Positions 13,971-28,034 of a stretch of DNA of 64,000 nucleotides are shown here, piece after piece (position 1 is the first letter of the stretch; every line of letters begins with the position of its first letter). Source of the stretch: Octopus vulgaris (taxonomy: Eukaryota). The notes below the pieces were generated by a model. The model made no database searches. It was not told the DNA's origin and worked only from the letters and a program-made list of their open reading frames with translations. Location: positions 23,622,001 to 23,686,000 of the forward strand of contig OX597821.1 of assembly GCA_951406725.2 (NCBI GenBank), written 5' to 3'. The translations under genes were made by a program, and so were the position numbers.

Positions 13971-14280
13971 ACTTAGGTCATTAGCGCAAGAGATTCTGGC
14001 TAACGAAACACAACGATGTCGAAACAACGGTTGTCCCAGAGTCCTTTGCGCTAATCAACTGAACGAGTTACGAATACTCATTCGTCGTAAATGAGAAGCT
14101 GTTCTCCTGCGGTGAAGCACTACAGCCATTAAGATGATCACGTGCGAATAAGTGAGAAGGCATTAAAAATAAAGGTGCAAATCATCATACGTGTGGGCGT
14201 GTATGTGTATATGTGTGTATTCACAAACACACATACACACATATACATACACACACATCTATATACATGTTATTTTGTTT

Positions 14281-14436
14281 AGAGTGGTTGTGTGGTAAGT
14301 AGCTTGCTAACCAACCACATGGTTCCGGGTTCAGTCCCACTGCGTGGCATCTTGGGCAAGTGTCTTCTGCTATAGCCCCGGGCTGACCAATGCCTTGTGA
14401 GTGGATTTGGTAGACGGAAACTGAAAGAAGCCTGTC

Positions 14437-14489
<53 letters not shown>

Positions 14490-14715
14490 CGTGTTTGTGT
14501 GTCTGTGTTTGTCCCCCTAGCATTGCTTGACAACCGATGCTGGTGTGTTTACGTCCCCGTCACTTAGCGGTTCGGCAAAAGAGACCGATAGAATAAGTAC
14601 TGGGCTTACAAAGAATAAGTCCCGGGGTCGATTTGCTCGACTAAAGGCGGTGCTCCAGCATGGCCGCAGTCAAATGACTGAAACAAGTAAAAGAGATAAA
14701 AGAGAAAGAGAGAAA
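14281..14715 (+). mobile_element. SINE family A (tRNA-like head, internal TA/TG microsatellite, aaagag tail)
   Basis: gagtggttgtgtggtaag..ggttcagtccc..cttgggcaagt..(TA)n(TG)n..gcggtgctccagcatggccgcagtcaaatgactgaaacaagtaaaagag; many copies in the window. Confidence 0.93.
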
Positions 14716-15107
14716 GAGACACCATTTTGGGCTTGTGATTACCTGAATTACTAGATGTGTGTATGCATGTGTGTGTGGAAAAAGCTTACATTCGGATATG
14801 CGCGTGTCACTGTGCACAACTTTCGTTCCATGTGATATAAAGTTATATCTAGATATATCAGACCTGCTCTGCTTAAACCGCATTGTTGCTTTCATTGTTG
14901 TGTTCCATCAGCATTCTTTATTTTTAAAGGTCTAGATACTTTCTGTCTTTAGTGTGTCTTTGTAATGGCCGTCAGGATAATCCTTCTTGTGAATAGTATT
15001 ACAAAGTGCCTTAGCAACAATGTTATGTCACATGAAAATGTAATATCTCCCGCATACTTTTGGGCTGCTGCTGATGATATGAACGATACGTTTTATATTA
15101 GTATATA

Positions 15108-15292
15108 TTTCTTTACTACCCACAAGGGGCTAAACACAGAGGGGACAAACAAGGACAGACAAAGGGATTAAGTCGATTACATCGACCCCCCAGTGCGTAA
15201 CTGCTACTTAATTTATCGACCCCAAAAGGATGAAAGGCAAAGTTGACCTCGGCGGAATTTGAACTCGGAACGTAACGACAGACGAAATACGG
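15108..15292 (-). mobile_element. SINE family C, partial
   Basis: Reverse complement of the 28702-28932 element; further copies at 15770-15950, 16160-16510, 36600-36800, 50070-50257, 52930-53092, 54410-54870, 62735-62792. Confidence 0.85.
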
Positions 15293-17780
15293 CTTGGCAC
15301 TTTGTATCGCAGCCAGGAGGTTTCGAGGCATTCTTTTCTCTTTTGCTGATCAGGTGTTTAGTAGCTGTCTCCTGTTCTTGACTATCATAAACATAGCTTT
15401 TAGATGTGATGTATTTATCACACAGGTTCTGTAGAGCTGCTCTTCCTATTAATGTTGCAGGAATTCTTTAGCTAGTGGGATGAGTACCTATGCATAACCT
15501 TCTCTTGGTCAGAATATTTCTCTTCCAAGTCTGTGTTGGTCAATCCAGCCAACTTTGGTTCACATGGATCAGCTATAAAATCGGAATTCTTGTAAGGAGT
15601 TCTTCGCCCAATCTCACGATGTTATTACCTTAACTCTTGAGTATACATGTGATGTATTTATTTCTTTCTTTACAGATCAGTAGGTGTTGTGACACTCAAA
15701 TGCCGACAACTGTGACACTTAAATGCCGGCAGGACTGATCCTATAATATAAATCCAGTCAAAGTCTTTACCGCCTGCGAAAAATGCTTAGCGGCATTTCT
15801 TCCGATTTTACATTCTGAATTCAAATGCCGCCAGGGTCCACTTTGCTTTTCATCCTTTCGGGGTCGACAAAATAAGTACTGGGGTTGATATAATCGACTT
15901 ATCCCTTCCACTAAAATTGCTGGTTTTGTGCCAAAATGTGAACCACTATTGGTGTCACTATTGATGTGGAAGTTACCAGTTATTCTTATGTATCTTCCTA
16001 GTCCAGACGTCCAAGTTACAGATTTCTTCAAGTGTCCAGTCTGATATTCTAAATGTTGATATTAGCACTGACACAGCGGAAGCATTATGGGATATAGTTT
16101 TATTGAATGCAGAGAGCTATGACTTCTGAAGTATTCTTTTGTCGCTTAAGCTTTATTTATTTCTTTATTGCCCATAGGGGTGGGGTGGGGGCTAAACATA
16201 GAGGGGTAACTGGTACTTATTTAATCGACCCCGAAAGGATGAAAGGCAAAGTCTACCTCGGCGCACTTTGAACTCAGAATGTAACGGCAGACGAAATACC
16301 TATTTCTTTACTACCCACAAGGGGCCAAACACAGAGGGGACAAACAAGGACAGACACACGGATTAAGTCGATTACATCGACCCCAGTGCGTAACTGGTAC
16401 TTATTTAATCGACTTATTTAATCGACTCCGAAAAGTCGACCTCGGCGGAATTTGAACTCAGAACGTATCGGCAGACGAAATACCGTTAAGCATTTCGCCC
16501 GGCGTGCTAACCTTCAGCTTTATTCATGGCACCAACATATGCGTTATTCTCATCGATTCCAAAGTATTTGCAACGTTCATTACCGGTGACAGCGATGATA
16601 GACAGGCCATTGATATTCATATTTCTTGCCTGGTTGGCAATCTTCTTGCGATTAACTACCAGATACGAGCACTTGTCTTGGTCAAACTTCCTTCTTATGT
16701 CCCATGAGAAATTGTAACTTATTCTGTTTCTGGGCGTCAAAAATATTATTTGAATAGAGCTTAAGGCTATCAACAAAAAGTGTGTGGGTGAATTTAATCT
16801 TTCTGTCATCCGCAGTATCTGTCATGTAACCTTCGTATTGCCTTAACAAGGCTGCCAAGGAGTTTACTCTTCAGACGAAAGGTGTTACAGATACGCTATC
16901 GCCCTAGAATATTCCTGTTAGCAACTAATTTTGTTAGTGACCATAGTGGTAGCTTCAGTTCTTATCGATATCTCTAAGGTCCATGTTGTAATCAACCTCT
17001 TAATGGCATTGAATTTAGTAGTTGGAGCGCTAGCAAGGGGTAATGACTCCATTATCCACGCATACAGACAACAAGTTTCGGCGGTATTGTTTCGTTTCGT
17101 TAGAGACAGCGTTGTCGATAAGTTGTCCGGCATAACTCCAGACGGCTTTCTTTCCTACTGCCTACTCTTTAGTTACTACATTGAGTATTTCAAAGTGATT
17201 CTGGGCAAATACATTCAAACAACCTGTGTATAATTAATACATCATATTCATTCACGCTATGGACCGTAGTTTTTTTTAACTCATGCACCTTCTGGTTTTT
17301 AGCTACTAATGTAGTACTTGCGACTACTAAGCGGTCTGGCACATCAAATTTAGCGGTTGAATTTAGCATTTGGTTAACGAAGGCTGCCCTTTAGAATGGG
17401 AGCTTTCTCTACCAATAACTGACCATTATTCTCTCTCAGATGTTTTCCCGTTCGGCAGTTTTGCAATAACCGTTAAGAGAATTTCAATAGGAGAGACGTT
17501 TGCGCAGGACTCATTCTGTAGTTCAATTAACTACTTTGCACCACGGATATGTAGTTTGTTTTCATTCAAGATTCTTAACCAAAATCACTCTAGGTCATCC
17601 TGAGCGATTTTCCCAACTTGGCCGATGTTACTTTGTATACTGCGTTGCTTTATCGAAAATTCGAGATTGTTGGCTTTTCTTTCTAGTTGGTGTTTTTTAT
17701 GACCAAATTGTTTCCCTTACCCCTCACAGTTCGTGTGTACGGGCAACTGGCTTGCTCATTATTGTTTCTATTCGACTTGA
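15293..17780 (-). pseudogene. R4/Dong-like non-LTR retrotransposon, decayed RT region interrupted by family C SINEs
   Basis: Minus strand: GIF.GDSVS, FSWDI..KFDQDKCSYLV, KYFGIDEN.AYVG..NK, QEQETATKHLISKRE..CDTKC. Confidence 0.8.
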
Positions 17781-17784
17781 GATT

Positions 17785-18112
17785 TCCGGCACTCCGTCGG
17801 TTTCAATGAGGAGTCTTCCAGTTGATCCGATCAACGGGACTGCCTGCTCCTGAAATTAACGTGCAAATGGCTGAGCACTTCACACATGCGTATCCTTAAC
17901 GCAGTTCTCAGGGGGATTCAGAGTGACACAGAGTGTGTGACAAGGCTGGCTCATTGCAATTCAACTACAACCCATTTTTGCCAGCTGAGTGCACTGGAGT
18001 GACATGAAATTAAGTGTCTTGCTCAAAGACACAACGCGCAGACGGGAATCAAGCTCAAGAAAATACGATCGTGAACCGAATATCCTAACTACTTAGCTAC
18101 GTGTCTTCACAC
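17785..18112 (-). mobile_element. tRNA-derived SINE related to family B
   Basis: Shares gttgatccgatcaacgg..gaaattaacgtgcaa..gctgagcact core and aagtgtcttgctcaa box. Confidence 0.8.
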
Positions 18113-18122
18113 GTGATAATAT

Positions 18123-18787
18123 ATTATATAAAATCCGTTCTATTTGTCTGTGTGTGTGTCTTCAAGGATCTCGGGCATCCTCCATCCGATTGCGCTCAAA
18201 TTTGACATGTAGATACCGACGGCATCAGGGCGTGTATAAGTCTTGAAAAAATTACAAAAATCGATTCCAGGTGAGAATGCGATCGATAAAGCCGTGGGAA
18301 CGTGCATTTGTACGCGCAAGTACATTAGCTGTTGCGATCGATTTTCCATCTAGAATTACCTCCAGCTAACTCATTTGCATGCATCGTTTTTGTCCTGCTT
18401 TTCTTCCGTCAACCTGTACATAACTGCACCTTCCATTTTTTGTTGTTTTTGTACTGCTCAAAAGCACGTTTCTTTCCTGCCAAGCTTACTGTTTAAACCA
18501 TGTTTGTGTTCTCCCTGTCAACAGCCTTATCATTACTGGTACTTTAAATTCTTCGTTTGAATATTTGTGTGAATAAAATCGTTTTTCTTTGGAATAGAAA
18601 AAAGTCTATCTTTATTTCTTCTTTTGCTGGTGTCTCAAATTTAGGTTAAATTAGTGTTTCTCAAAGAGGAGGCCTATGGGACGGTCGGACAAGTTGTTAT
18701 GAGAAAATTTGGTTTAAATGTTTGACAACTCAGCTCCGTCCATTGGACGGGCGATGGTGGTGGTGGGGGCGGGGGCGTTTTGCTCGT
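18123..18787 (+). mobile_element. Non-autonomous Helitron-like element
   Basis: tatataaaa..ttgtctgtgtgtgtc 5' pattern and GC-rich end cgggggcgttttgctcg|t. Confidence 0.45.
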
Positions 18788-18992
18788 CTATCATAAAATG
18801 AAAGCTGGTGGTTCATGAATTTATTATTCACTTTGCTTTTAATGATAATATCCAGTTATCCAATATTTTCCTGAGTCTGTCGATATGTGGCTGGAGAGAG
18901 GTAATCCATTTTAGGTGTTTCTTCTCACTACGATCGATCTCCGCTACTCACTTCGGCTGGCGAATAGTAATCGCAGTACACTACAGCAGAAA

Positions 18993-19382
18993 GTGGAGGC
19001 GCAATGGCCCAGTGGTTAGGGCAGCGGACTCGCGGTCATAAGATCGCGGTTTCGATTCCCAGACCGGGCATTGTGAGTGTTTATTGAGCGAAAACACCTT
19101 AAAGCTCCACGAGGCTCCGGCAGGGGATGGTGGTGATCCCTGCTGTACTCTTTCACCACAACTTTCTCTCACTCTTACTTCCTGTTTCTGTTATACCTGT
19201 ATTTCAAGGGGCCGGCCTTGTCACACTCTGTGTCACGCTGAATATCCCCGAGAACTACGTTAAGGGTGCACGTGTCTGTGGAGTGCTCAGCCACTTACAC
19301 GTTAATTTCACGAGCAGGCTGTTCCGTTGATTCGGATCAACCGGAACCCTCATCGTCGTAACCGACGGAGTGCTTCCACTCC
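18993..19382 (+). mobile_element. Full-length SINE family B with 10-bp TSD
   Basis: tRNA-like head with A/B boxes; TSD acagcagaaa at 18983-18992 and 19383-19392. Confidence 0.93.
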
Positions 19383-19864
19383 ACAGCAGAAAACATTCAA
19401 CGTTCAAAATTTGAGTTGGAGTTTCAATCTCTGCTAATTATTCGTTAGCTATTTAGTCGATCGCGGATAACATTAGGTCGGTAGGTTTTCTATCGATTCG
19501 TGTTGTAATTGTTTGATTTTTAGTTAATGTTGATGGTGAAATTTTGCTTGAATTTTGCTGTTAAGTGTTTCTTCCGTTGTTCGGATTCTTCACAAATTAT
19601 TACTGTTCGTTTGTAATCGGTTATTGCTTGCTCGTCTAATGGCAAAATGGCCGTCTGTTATATTGTAAACGCATGGTCTGTATTGTTTACGACCTTCTCT
19701 GACCAATACACAGACACACACTGACACACACAGACAGACACATACACACACACAGAAACACACACACACGCACAAATACATACACACACACGGATACATA
19801 CACACAGACAGACATATACAAACACAGACAGACGCAAACATGCACGCACACGCTCGCACGCACG

Positions 19865-19913
<49 letters not shown>

Positions 19914-20749
19914 GCACACACGTATATATGCACACAGAAATATCTACACACGTCAACTCACATCAATACGCACCCAAACACACACACATACACACTCTCC
20001 TTCTCTCTCTCTCCCCCTCGAGTAATTGGGATTTTTATGGTCTCAGTCATTTCTCATCCATTTCATGTAACTTATGGAGAGAGCTTCCCCAACCTTTCTA
20101 TAGAATTGATAGTTCAATTAAAAATTCCATTTGCCGTTTGCAATTGGCTGACCTTATTTTCTTTCCTAGCCATGGTATATATAACATTAATACAATGTGT
20201 TGAGTTTCAGGTAAATTTTCTCCGCTTGATTATTGCTAAGGTCATCCTGAAAAAAGGATGCTTCTTCACGTTTTTCAAAGAAGATAGACAATTATTTTTA
20301 TGTGAAATTTGTTAATAGAAAAAAATCCCGGAGGACAGTATTTATTACAGAAAGATGCGTAGCAACTTGATGCTGATGTGATTGACTTCGACGCTATGTG
20401 TGTATGTATGTATGTATATATGTATGTATTTATCTATGTATGTATGTCGTCGGTATGGCTTTAAATTGCATACGGTAGTTGCACCCTAAATCGAGAGTTC
20501 CAGGGATTTGTGAAGTGTTTTGAGGAGAGTGAAACCACCTCTTAGCCAGCGTTGTTCTGACTTTCCCAGGTGTAATCAGAAGCGAAGTAGTAGCACCTGT
20601 CAGGGTCTATTACTTTTGCATTTTATTGGGGCTTCTACAACGATATTCCATCTGTACCCTTTCATATGAATGGTTATGGTCTCTGAGGCACTGTGGATTC
20701 TTATGCCTTTGGTCTCAGAACTATCCCTCCAACGGACCCTATTGTATAA

Positions 20750-21300
20750 TAGCTTGGCAAATAATAACGTGATGACATTTTTGAAGAATTGCTTATGATG
20801 TGGGGGATGACTTCAATGTCTTGTATGCATGTATGTACATACGTACGTACGTACGTATGTATTATGTATATATGTATGTATGAATGTATGTGTGAGTATG
20901 TATGTGTATGTATGTATGTGCGTGTATGTATGTATGTGTGTGTATGTATGTATGTATGTATGTATGTATGTATGTATGTATGTATGTATGTATGTGTGTG
21001 TATGTATGTATGTATGCGTATATGTGTGTATGTATGCATGCATACATGCATTAATGTATGTCAGTATGCATATATATATATGTATTTATTTATGCATGTA
21101 TGCAGGCATGTATTCATGTATGTATGTATGCATGTATGAACGCATGCATGTATGTATGTGTGTATGTATGTATGTATGTATGCATTTATGTATATATCTA
21201 TGCATGTATGTTTGTATGCATCTATATATGTATATATATATATATATAGATGTATGCATGAATGTATATGCGCAAATATGTATGTACATATTCGTATTGT
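20750..21300 (-). repeat. R4-like zinc-knuckle fragment abutting a long (TATG)n tract
   Basis: IEVIPHIISNSSKMSSRYYLP matches 43080-43140; (TATG)n-type repeat from 20822. Confidence 0.7.
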
Positions 21301-22028
21301 CCAAGCCTTATCGCAATAATCCAATGACGTACACTTGTCTCTTTATGGTGACCTCATTTGTCGTTCCACTAAGTCGGGCGATGCAAGAGTAGCGACGTAC
21401 AAAGACCTAATCATTTCGAAGCACACAGTAAGTTACAGCTTTGATTTGACAACTATCATCTGAGAGGTCACGGACGGAAAATCAGAAATGCCAATAACAA
21501 CGAAGATGCACTAGGAGACGGCAATCATCTGTGAAGATGGAACAATTATCATGTTTGCATGTATGTATGTATGTATGTATGTATGTATGTATGTATGTAT
21601 GTATGTATGTATGTATGTATGTATGTATGTATGTATGTATGTATGTATGTATGTAGGTATTTATATATGTATGCAATGTGAATGTGTGTGTATGTATGTA
21701 TGTATGTATGTATGTATCTATGTATGTATGTGTATGTGTAATGTGAGTATATGTGTGTATGTGTGTCTGTAATGTGAGTGTATGTGTGTTTGTATGTGTG
21801 TGTATACATTTGTGTGTGTATGCATATGTGTGTATGTATGTTTGTGTGTATGCATGTATGTATGTGTATGAATGTATGTATGTGTGTGTATGTATGTATC
21901 TATGTGTGTGTATGCATGTGTGTGTGTGTATGTATCGGTGAAAGATATCCGCATAGGCGAAAAAAAAACGGATAAACCAGAATCTTGATACTTATTCTGC
22001 TCTAGTTACACGCCTGCACGCACACACA

Positions 22029-22097
<69 letters not shown>

Positions 22098-22385
22098 ACA
22101 CACACGCACACACACACACAGGTATATATGCACACAGAAATATCTACACGCGTCAACTCACATCAATACGCACCCAAACACACACACACACACACACACA
22201 TACACACTCTCCTTCTCTCTCTCTTCCTCTCTCTCTCTTTCTCTCTCCCCTTTCTCCCCTCTCTCTCTCTTTCTCTCTCTCTCCCTCCCCCCCCTCTCTC
22301 TCTTTCTTTCTCTCTCTCTCTCTTTCTTTCTCTCTCTCTCTCTTTCTCTTTCTCTCTCTCTCTTTCTCTCTCTCTCTCTCACTCA

Positions 22386-22424
<39 letters not shown>

Positions 22425-22683
22425 TGTTGCCATCTGAAATGTAGTAAGCCAACGACTGGTTCGTTAGAAACGCAGTAACCAACGACGCTAATCTTCACCG
22501 GATGGCGATGATGGAAACAATAAACAGCAAAAATAAGTAAATCCCAGTGGAAATCCATACTGCAGTACTGCAGAGAACGACGCAGCTGTTACACACACAC
22601 ACACACACACGCGCACACACACGTACAGACACACATAGACACACAAGCACATTCACATAGACACAAACACACAGACACACTCA

Positions 22684-22835
22684 TGGTTGTGTGGAAAGTA
22701 GCTTGCTAACCAACCACATGATTCTGGGTTCAGTCCCACGGCGTGGCACGTTGGGCAAGTGTCTTCTGCTATAGCCTCGGGTCGACCAAAGCCTTGTGAG
22801 TGGATTTGGTAGACGGAAACTGAAAGAAGCCCGTC

Positions 22836-22903
<68 letters not shown>

Positions 22904-23118
22904 TTATGTGTCTGTGTTTGTCCCCCACTGCCCAACATCGCTTGACAACCGAATCTTGTGCGTTTACGTCCTCGTAACCTAGCTGTTCGGCAAAAGAGAC
23001 CGATAGAATAAGTACTGGGCTTACAAAGAATAAGTTCTGGGGTCGATTTGCTGGACTAAAGACGGTGCTCCAACATGGCCGCAGTCAAATGACTGAAACA
23101 AGTAAAAGAGTAAAAGAG
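22684..23118 (+). mobile_element. SINE family A
   Basis: Same sequence as 14281-14715. Confidence 0.92.
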
Positions 23119-23153
<35 letters not shown>

Positions 23154-23173
23154 TAATACATACTCACACAAAA

Positions 23174-23372
23174 TGGCGGCGAGCTGGCAGGCACGTTAGC
23201 GCGCCGGGCGAAATGCTTAGCAGTATCCCGCCGAGGTAGATTTTGTCTTTCATCCTTTCGGGGTCGATAAATAAAGTACCAGTTTCGCACTGGAGTCGAT
23301 ATAATCGACTTAATCACTTTTTCTGTGCTTGTTTGTCCCCTCTATGTTTTGCCCCTTGTGGACAATAAAGAA
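23174..23372 (+). mobile_element. SINE family C with internal deletion
   Basis: ggcggcgagctggcag..gaaatgcttag..catcctttcggggtcgataaa. Confidence 0.85.
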
Positions 23373-24193
23373 ATGAATACATACTCACACAGACATACAT
23401 AGGCACACACACACACACACACAAACAAACACGCACATACATAGACACACACAGACAACACCTTCGTACGCTCACATTTGCAAGCAGATAAACACATACA
23501 GGCACACAAGCAGATATAGACAGACACACAGACACAAATACACTTACAGAGACACACTTTCAAACATCTACCGAGGCACACACACACATACACACACACC
23601 CACAAAGATTAATACACACATACGCAGACATGTATATACAGGCACACTCATTGATACATATACACATACGCGAGCTCACCCACGCACGCACAGACACACA
23701 CACACACACACACTTGCAGATACATAAATCTAGAGACATATACACGCACACATATACAAAGACAAACACATACATACGAATACACACGAAATCAAACACA
23801 CGCATACATAGATACAAGTATTCACACACAAAGACAAACACACGAATACAAATACACTCAGAGACACAGACATTCTGGACCAGAACCAAACAAGATCACG
23901 TGACTCATTAGCCAACCTCCAGCACCCCCATCACCACCACAATCACTGACCGTTAGTAGTTAATGAAGTAACGAACTACGTAGTTACAAACCTACTGGGT
24001 TTAACTACTGGTCAACGACGGTGCTTGAACCTGGTCAGTCGATCGGTTTAAAGCAAGTTAAAAATCTCGGAATGCCACCTTTACTGTATTACAGGAATAT
24101 GTGGTCCTTAACGAGGACCTCATGGCCGTCGCCATGACTGGAACGCCTGCCTTTAACCAAGGACCAGCTCGCTTTGATCTGACCTGAAGCTAA

Positions 24194-24194
<1 letters not shown>

Positions 24195-24243
<49 letters not shown>

Positions 24244-24281
24244 CACCACCACCACCACCACCACCATCTTAACTGCTGCTG

Positions 24282-24351
<70 letters not shown>

Positions 24352-24417
24352 CACCACCACCACCACCACCACCACCACCACCACCACCATCTTAACTGCT
24401 ACTACTACTACTACTAC
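24195..24417. repeat. Compound (CTA)n(CCA)n microsatellite with a duplicated atcttaactgct spacer
   Basis: Direct reading. Confidence 0.95.
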
Positions 24418-24489
24418 ATGCAAATTCTCAACGAGGGAGAGAGAAGTGTGATGGTGGTGGTGGGGGGATGTAATCAATTTTCTTTTTTA

Positions 24490-26580
24490 TATGCTAAGTC
24501 GGAGATAGAAGTGATAGCAAAAAGAGAACACGCAATTGCAAAGTGAACACTGCCAGGCAGGAGGTAAAGGCTATCAGTGAGAAACTCTGACATCAGAGGA
24601 AAACAACCGAAAGGAAAACAATAACCGGAACCAGGCATCAGTCTACAGCAGTGCTTTTCAAACTTTTTGCTGGAGTGGAACCCCAAGGAAACATTCCACT
24701 GACTCGAGGAACCCCTGTGCAATGATATAATAGTCTTATGCACACATATCTGCACAGGAGAATTAAAAATTACTGCCGATTTTAGCAGTTTTGTAACTTC
24801 TTGCGGAACCCCTAAACTGTACTGGCGGAACCCTAAGGTCCCGCGGAACCCTGGTTGAAAAACACTGGTCTACAGAGACATGAGAAGAGAATTAGTAAAT
24901 ATCATAGAAGCTCTTTCACGAGAAGTCATAGACTCCTACCGGGGGAAAATCTTTTGCGAAGAGATGGAGTTTAACCGAGTTACTCTGTGACTGTAAGAAA
25001 TTCGGATTAATCATTGTCCCTTCATTACACCTAACACATGCAGCACCGATTGTGATGCCGTTGTGACTGTAATCCAGAAACATTGAGGATAGAAAAGACC
25101 TGGAAGAGACTTGATTCTTGGATACTGGCACAAGAAGCTAACCTACCGACCTCGGAATTCTCTGCGTTCAATAAAGCAGTGGCTCACAATGCGTTTGCAG
25201 TACTAGTACTCATACCAATATTTGGGCTACTTGACTGACCGCTTGGTGAAATACGAACCATTGATATGAAAACCCCGAAGATACTGACCAACTCAAATAA
25301 ATTTCACATCAACAGCGACGTAAACCGTCTCTACCTGAAACGAAAACAAGAAGGCAGAGGTTTAACAGATCCAGACTGCCTTTAAGTTTTTTATCATATC
25401 CCTTCGGCAACATCTTTTAACCGCCAAGTGTTGAAAGGCATTTCTTGACCAAGTTTACACATACGTGACAGAAAGCAGCTCCTCGAGCAACATTCCTTGT
25501 CTGTTAACCTTGAGTTCATACACAAACAAGTTACACGACTCTACTCAACCGCATCAGACGAAATGATGAATGTATATGAGCAGAAGACCACGTTTAGAAA
25601 TGGTATAAGAAAGCTCCAGGATGACAGTAACATTGATAATCAAAGCAGTCTATCATGGACCAACAACCAAATTACTAAATTTCACTTTGAAGGGTATGTC
25701 TTAACAATCTAGGAACTGGAAATATCAACCAAATACTAGAGGCACAAAAAAGGGGAGATGCAGGAAAAACATCAAAATGTGATAACCGATGCAGACCTTG
25801 TGGAGTCAACACCGGATATATCACCCACATCATAGGCAGCTGTCGAAAAATGTTATTGCGGTATTATCTACGGATGAGACATATAGTTCTTGTCAAAACA
25901 CTGTATAATGAGATCCGACGGAAGGATAATCATGACGCCAAAGAGTTAAGAACCCACAGAATAGCCATAATCCTTCATAATATGAAAGAATATTGGTGGA
26001 ATGTCCGAGTGAAAACCTCGATAAAATGTAATTATAATAGACAAGGCATAGTGATTTGGGACAGAGAATAGAAACTATGTACAGTAGTGGATATCAGCTG
26101 CTCAGCGGATGTCATCATAAAGCTAAAAATCAGTGAAAAAGAAAACACCTACGCTAAACTATTGAGAAATTTACTATTATTCTACTCGGATTACAAGTCC
26201 AAGATCATACCTGTAGTTATTAGATAATTGGAATATGTAACAAGAGAAAGCTAATTCGAAGATTATAGATTTAAGGACAATCAATGTAACTGTAAATTTA
26301 AAGTCAATCAATGTAAAAATTTGTAAAATTTTCCAGAAGTTTGTCATTTAAATATATATGCGCACGTCGAGAATGCAACTATTTGCATGAGAATACACGC
26401 ATAAAACAAAACATACAAATCTGCACATACACTAACTCCAAAGACTGGACATATACACGCATACATGCAAACATGCAGTATTGATGTTGTTGAAATCCAA
26501 GTGAAGGAGTTTAGGATCAAAATTATCAGCCAGTTTTTTCTATATTCGCAAGAAAGCTTGAAATGTAACTAAATACAAAC
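24490..26580 (+). pseudogene. R4/Dong-like LINE (internally deleted): post-RT region, CCHC knuckle, restriction-like endonuclease, 3'UTR
   Basis: AFNKAVAHNAFAV, FHINSDVNRLYLKRKQEGRGL, CDNRCRPCG..ITHIIGSC, YWWNVRVKT..KCNYNR..IVIWD..CTVVDISC; followed by (TACA)n. Confidence 0.85.
24649..24867. mobile_element. hAT (Charlie-like) MITE with perfect 8-bp TSD
   Basis: cagtgcttttcaa...ttgaaaaacactg TIRs; TSD gtctacag at 24641-24648 and 24868-24875. Confidence 0.93.
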
Positions 26581-26689
26581 ATACATACATGCATATATGC
26601 ATACATACATACATACATACATACATACATACATACATACATACATACATACATACGTACGTACGTACATACATACATACATACATACA

Positions 26690-26720
<31 letters not shown>

Positions 26721-26956
26721 GTACATACATACATACGTACATACATACATACATACATACGTACATGCATACGTACATACGTACATACATAAATGCATAA
26801 ATACATACATACATACATACGTACATACATACGTACATACATACATACATACATACATACATACGTACATACATACATGCATATATGCATGCATACATAC
26901 ATACATACATACATACATACATACATACATACATACATACATACATACATACATAC
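26580..26956. repeat. (TACA)n microsatellite
   Basis: Direct reading. Confidence 0.97.
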
Positions 26957-27560
26957 AGATGATTGCCGTCTTCTTGTACTTTCTCTTTGTCAATGATGTT
27001 TCTGACATTCTGTCCATGACCTCTCAGATGACTTTTCAGTCCTGTTGCGGACCTGCATGTTTGGAAGCCTAGATGACAGATGAAAGTTGCATCCTGCTGT
27101 GCTCTTCCAATTGGTTAGGTCTTTATACAACGCCACTCCTCCATCGCACGAAGACTTTCACTAGATGGAATGACAAATGAGGTCACCATCAAATTGATAA
27201 CTGTAAATCATTGGATCGCCATGTTAAACGCTTGTACAACATAAGTATCATTCTTTGAGTCTCCACGATTTGTACCTGGTTATAAGCCGAAGCGAAATTA
27301 CCTGTAATCACATGAATCCGCTGGTTTTACATTAGTTTCTGTCAAGATGGATGCTGTGACAACAGCTTGGGTTCTCTCATTGCCCGTGGTTCTTCTTCGC
27401 ACTCTGGTACCAACCAAGGATATTTCTGCCTTCTCACATCTTCATTTACGCTAGTTAGTCCATAGCTGGGACACTCATGGGTACCACTATTCACTATTCT
27501 GGGAAAAATAGTGGCTAACAGGGGGTTCCACACCACAAAACCCCGAAACACTCGAACCAG
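26957..27560 (-). mobile_element. LINE 3' end (RTE-like) ending in (TATG)n
   Basis: Minus strand CRSATGLKSHLRGH zinc-finger-like end; homologous piece at 21455-21532 (+) also runs into (TATG)n. Confidence 0.5.
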
Positions 27561-27630
27561 AGTCGCACTATCGGATGCAGTTTAAAGTCTTAAATGTATA
27601 CATGCATGCATACATGCATACGTACATATG

Positions 27631-27824
27631 CTCTCTTACTCTCTTACTTGTTTCAGTCATTTGACTGCGGCCATGCTGGAGCACCGCCTTTAATCGAGCA
27701 ACTCGACCCCGGGACTTATTCTTTGTAAGTCCAGTACTTATTCTATCGGTCTCTTTTGCCGAACCGCTAAGTGACGGGGATATAAGCACACCAGCATCGG
27801 TTGTCAGACAATGCTAGGGGTCAA

Positions 27825-27863
<39 letters not shown>

Positions 27864-28034
27864 CATATATACGACGGGCTTCTTTCAGTTTCCGTCTACC
27901 AAATCCACTCACCAGGCTTTGGTCGGCCCGAGGCTATAGTAGAAGACACTTGCCCAAGGTGCCACGCAGGGGGACTGAACCCGGAACCATGTGGCTGGTA
28001 AACAAGCTACTTACCACACAGCCACTCCTGCGCC
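27631..28034 (-). mobile_element. SINE family A, full length
   Basis: Reverse complement of family A consensus from ggcgcaggagtggc to the aagag tail. Confidence 0.93.

Noticed and set aside
14527-14754. Recurrent ORFs such as [19 protein letters not shown] and CHAVGLNPEPCGW suggesting a gene family
   Set aside because: They are incidental frames of SINE family A.
18993-19067. tRNA gene
   Set aside because: The tRNA-like sequence continues into a multi-copy SINE body with TSDs; the same applies to the other heads.
20020-20320. Possible Penelope fragment on the minus strand (YIPWLGK)
   Set aside because: A single weak motif is insufficient to call.
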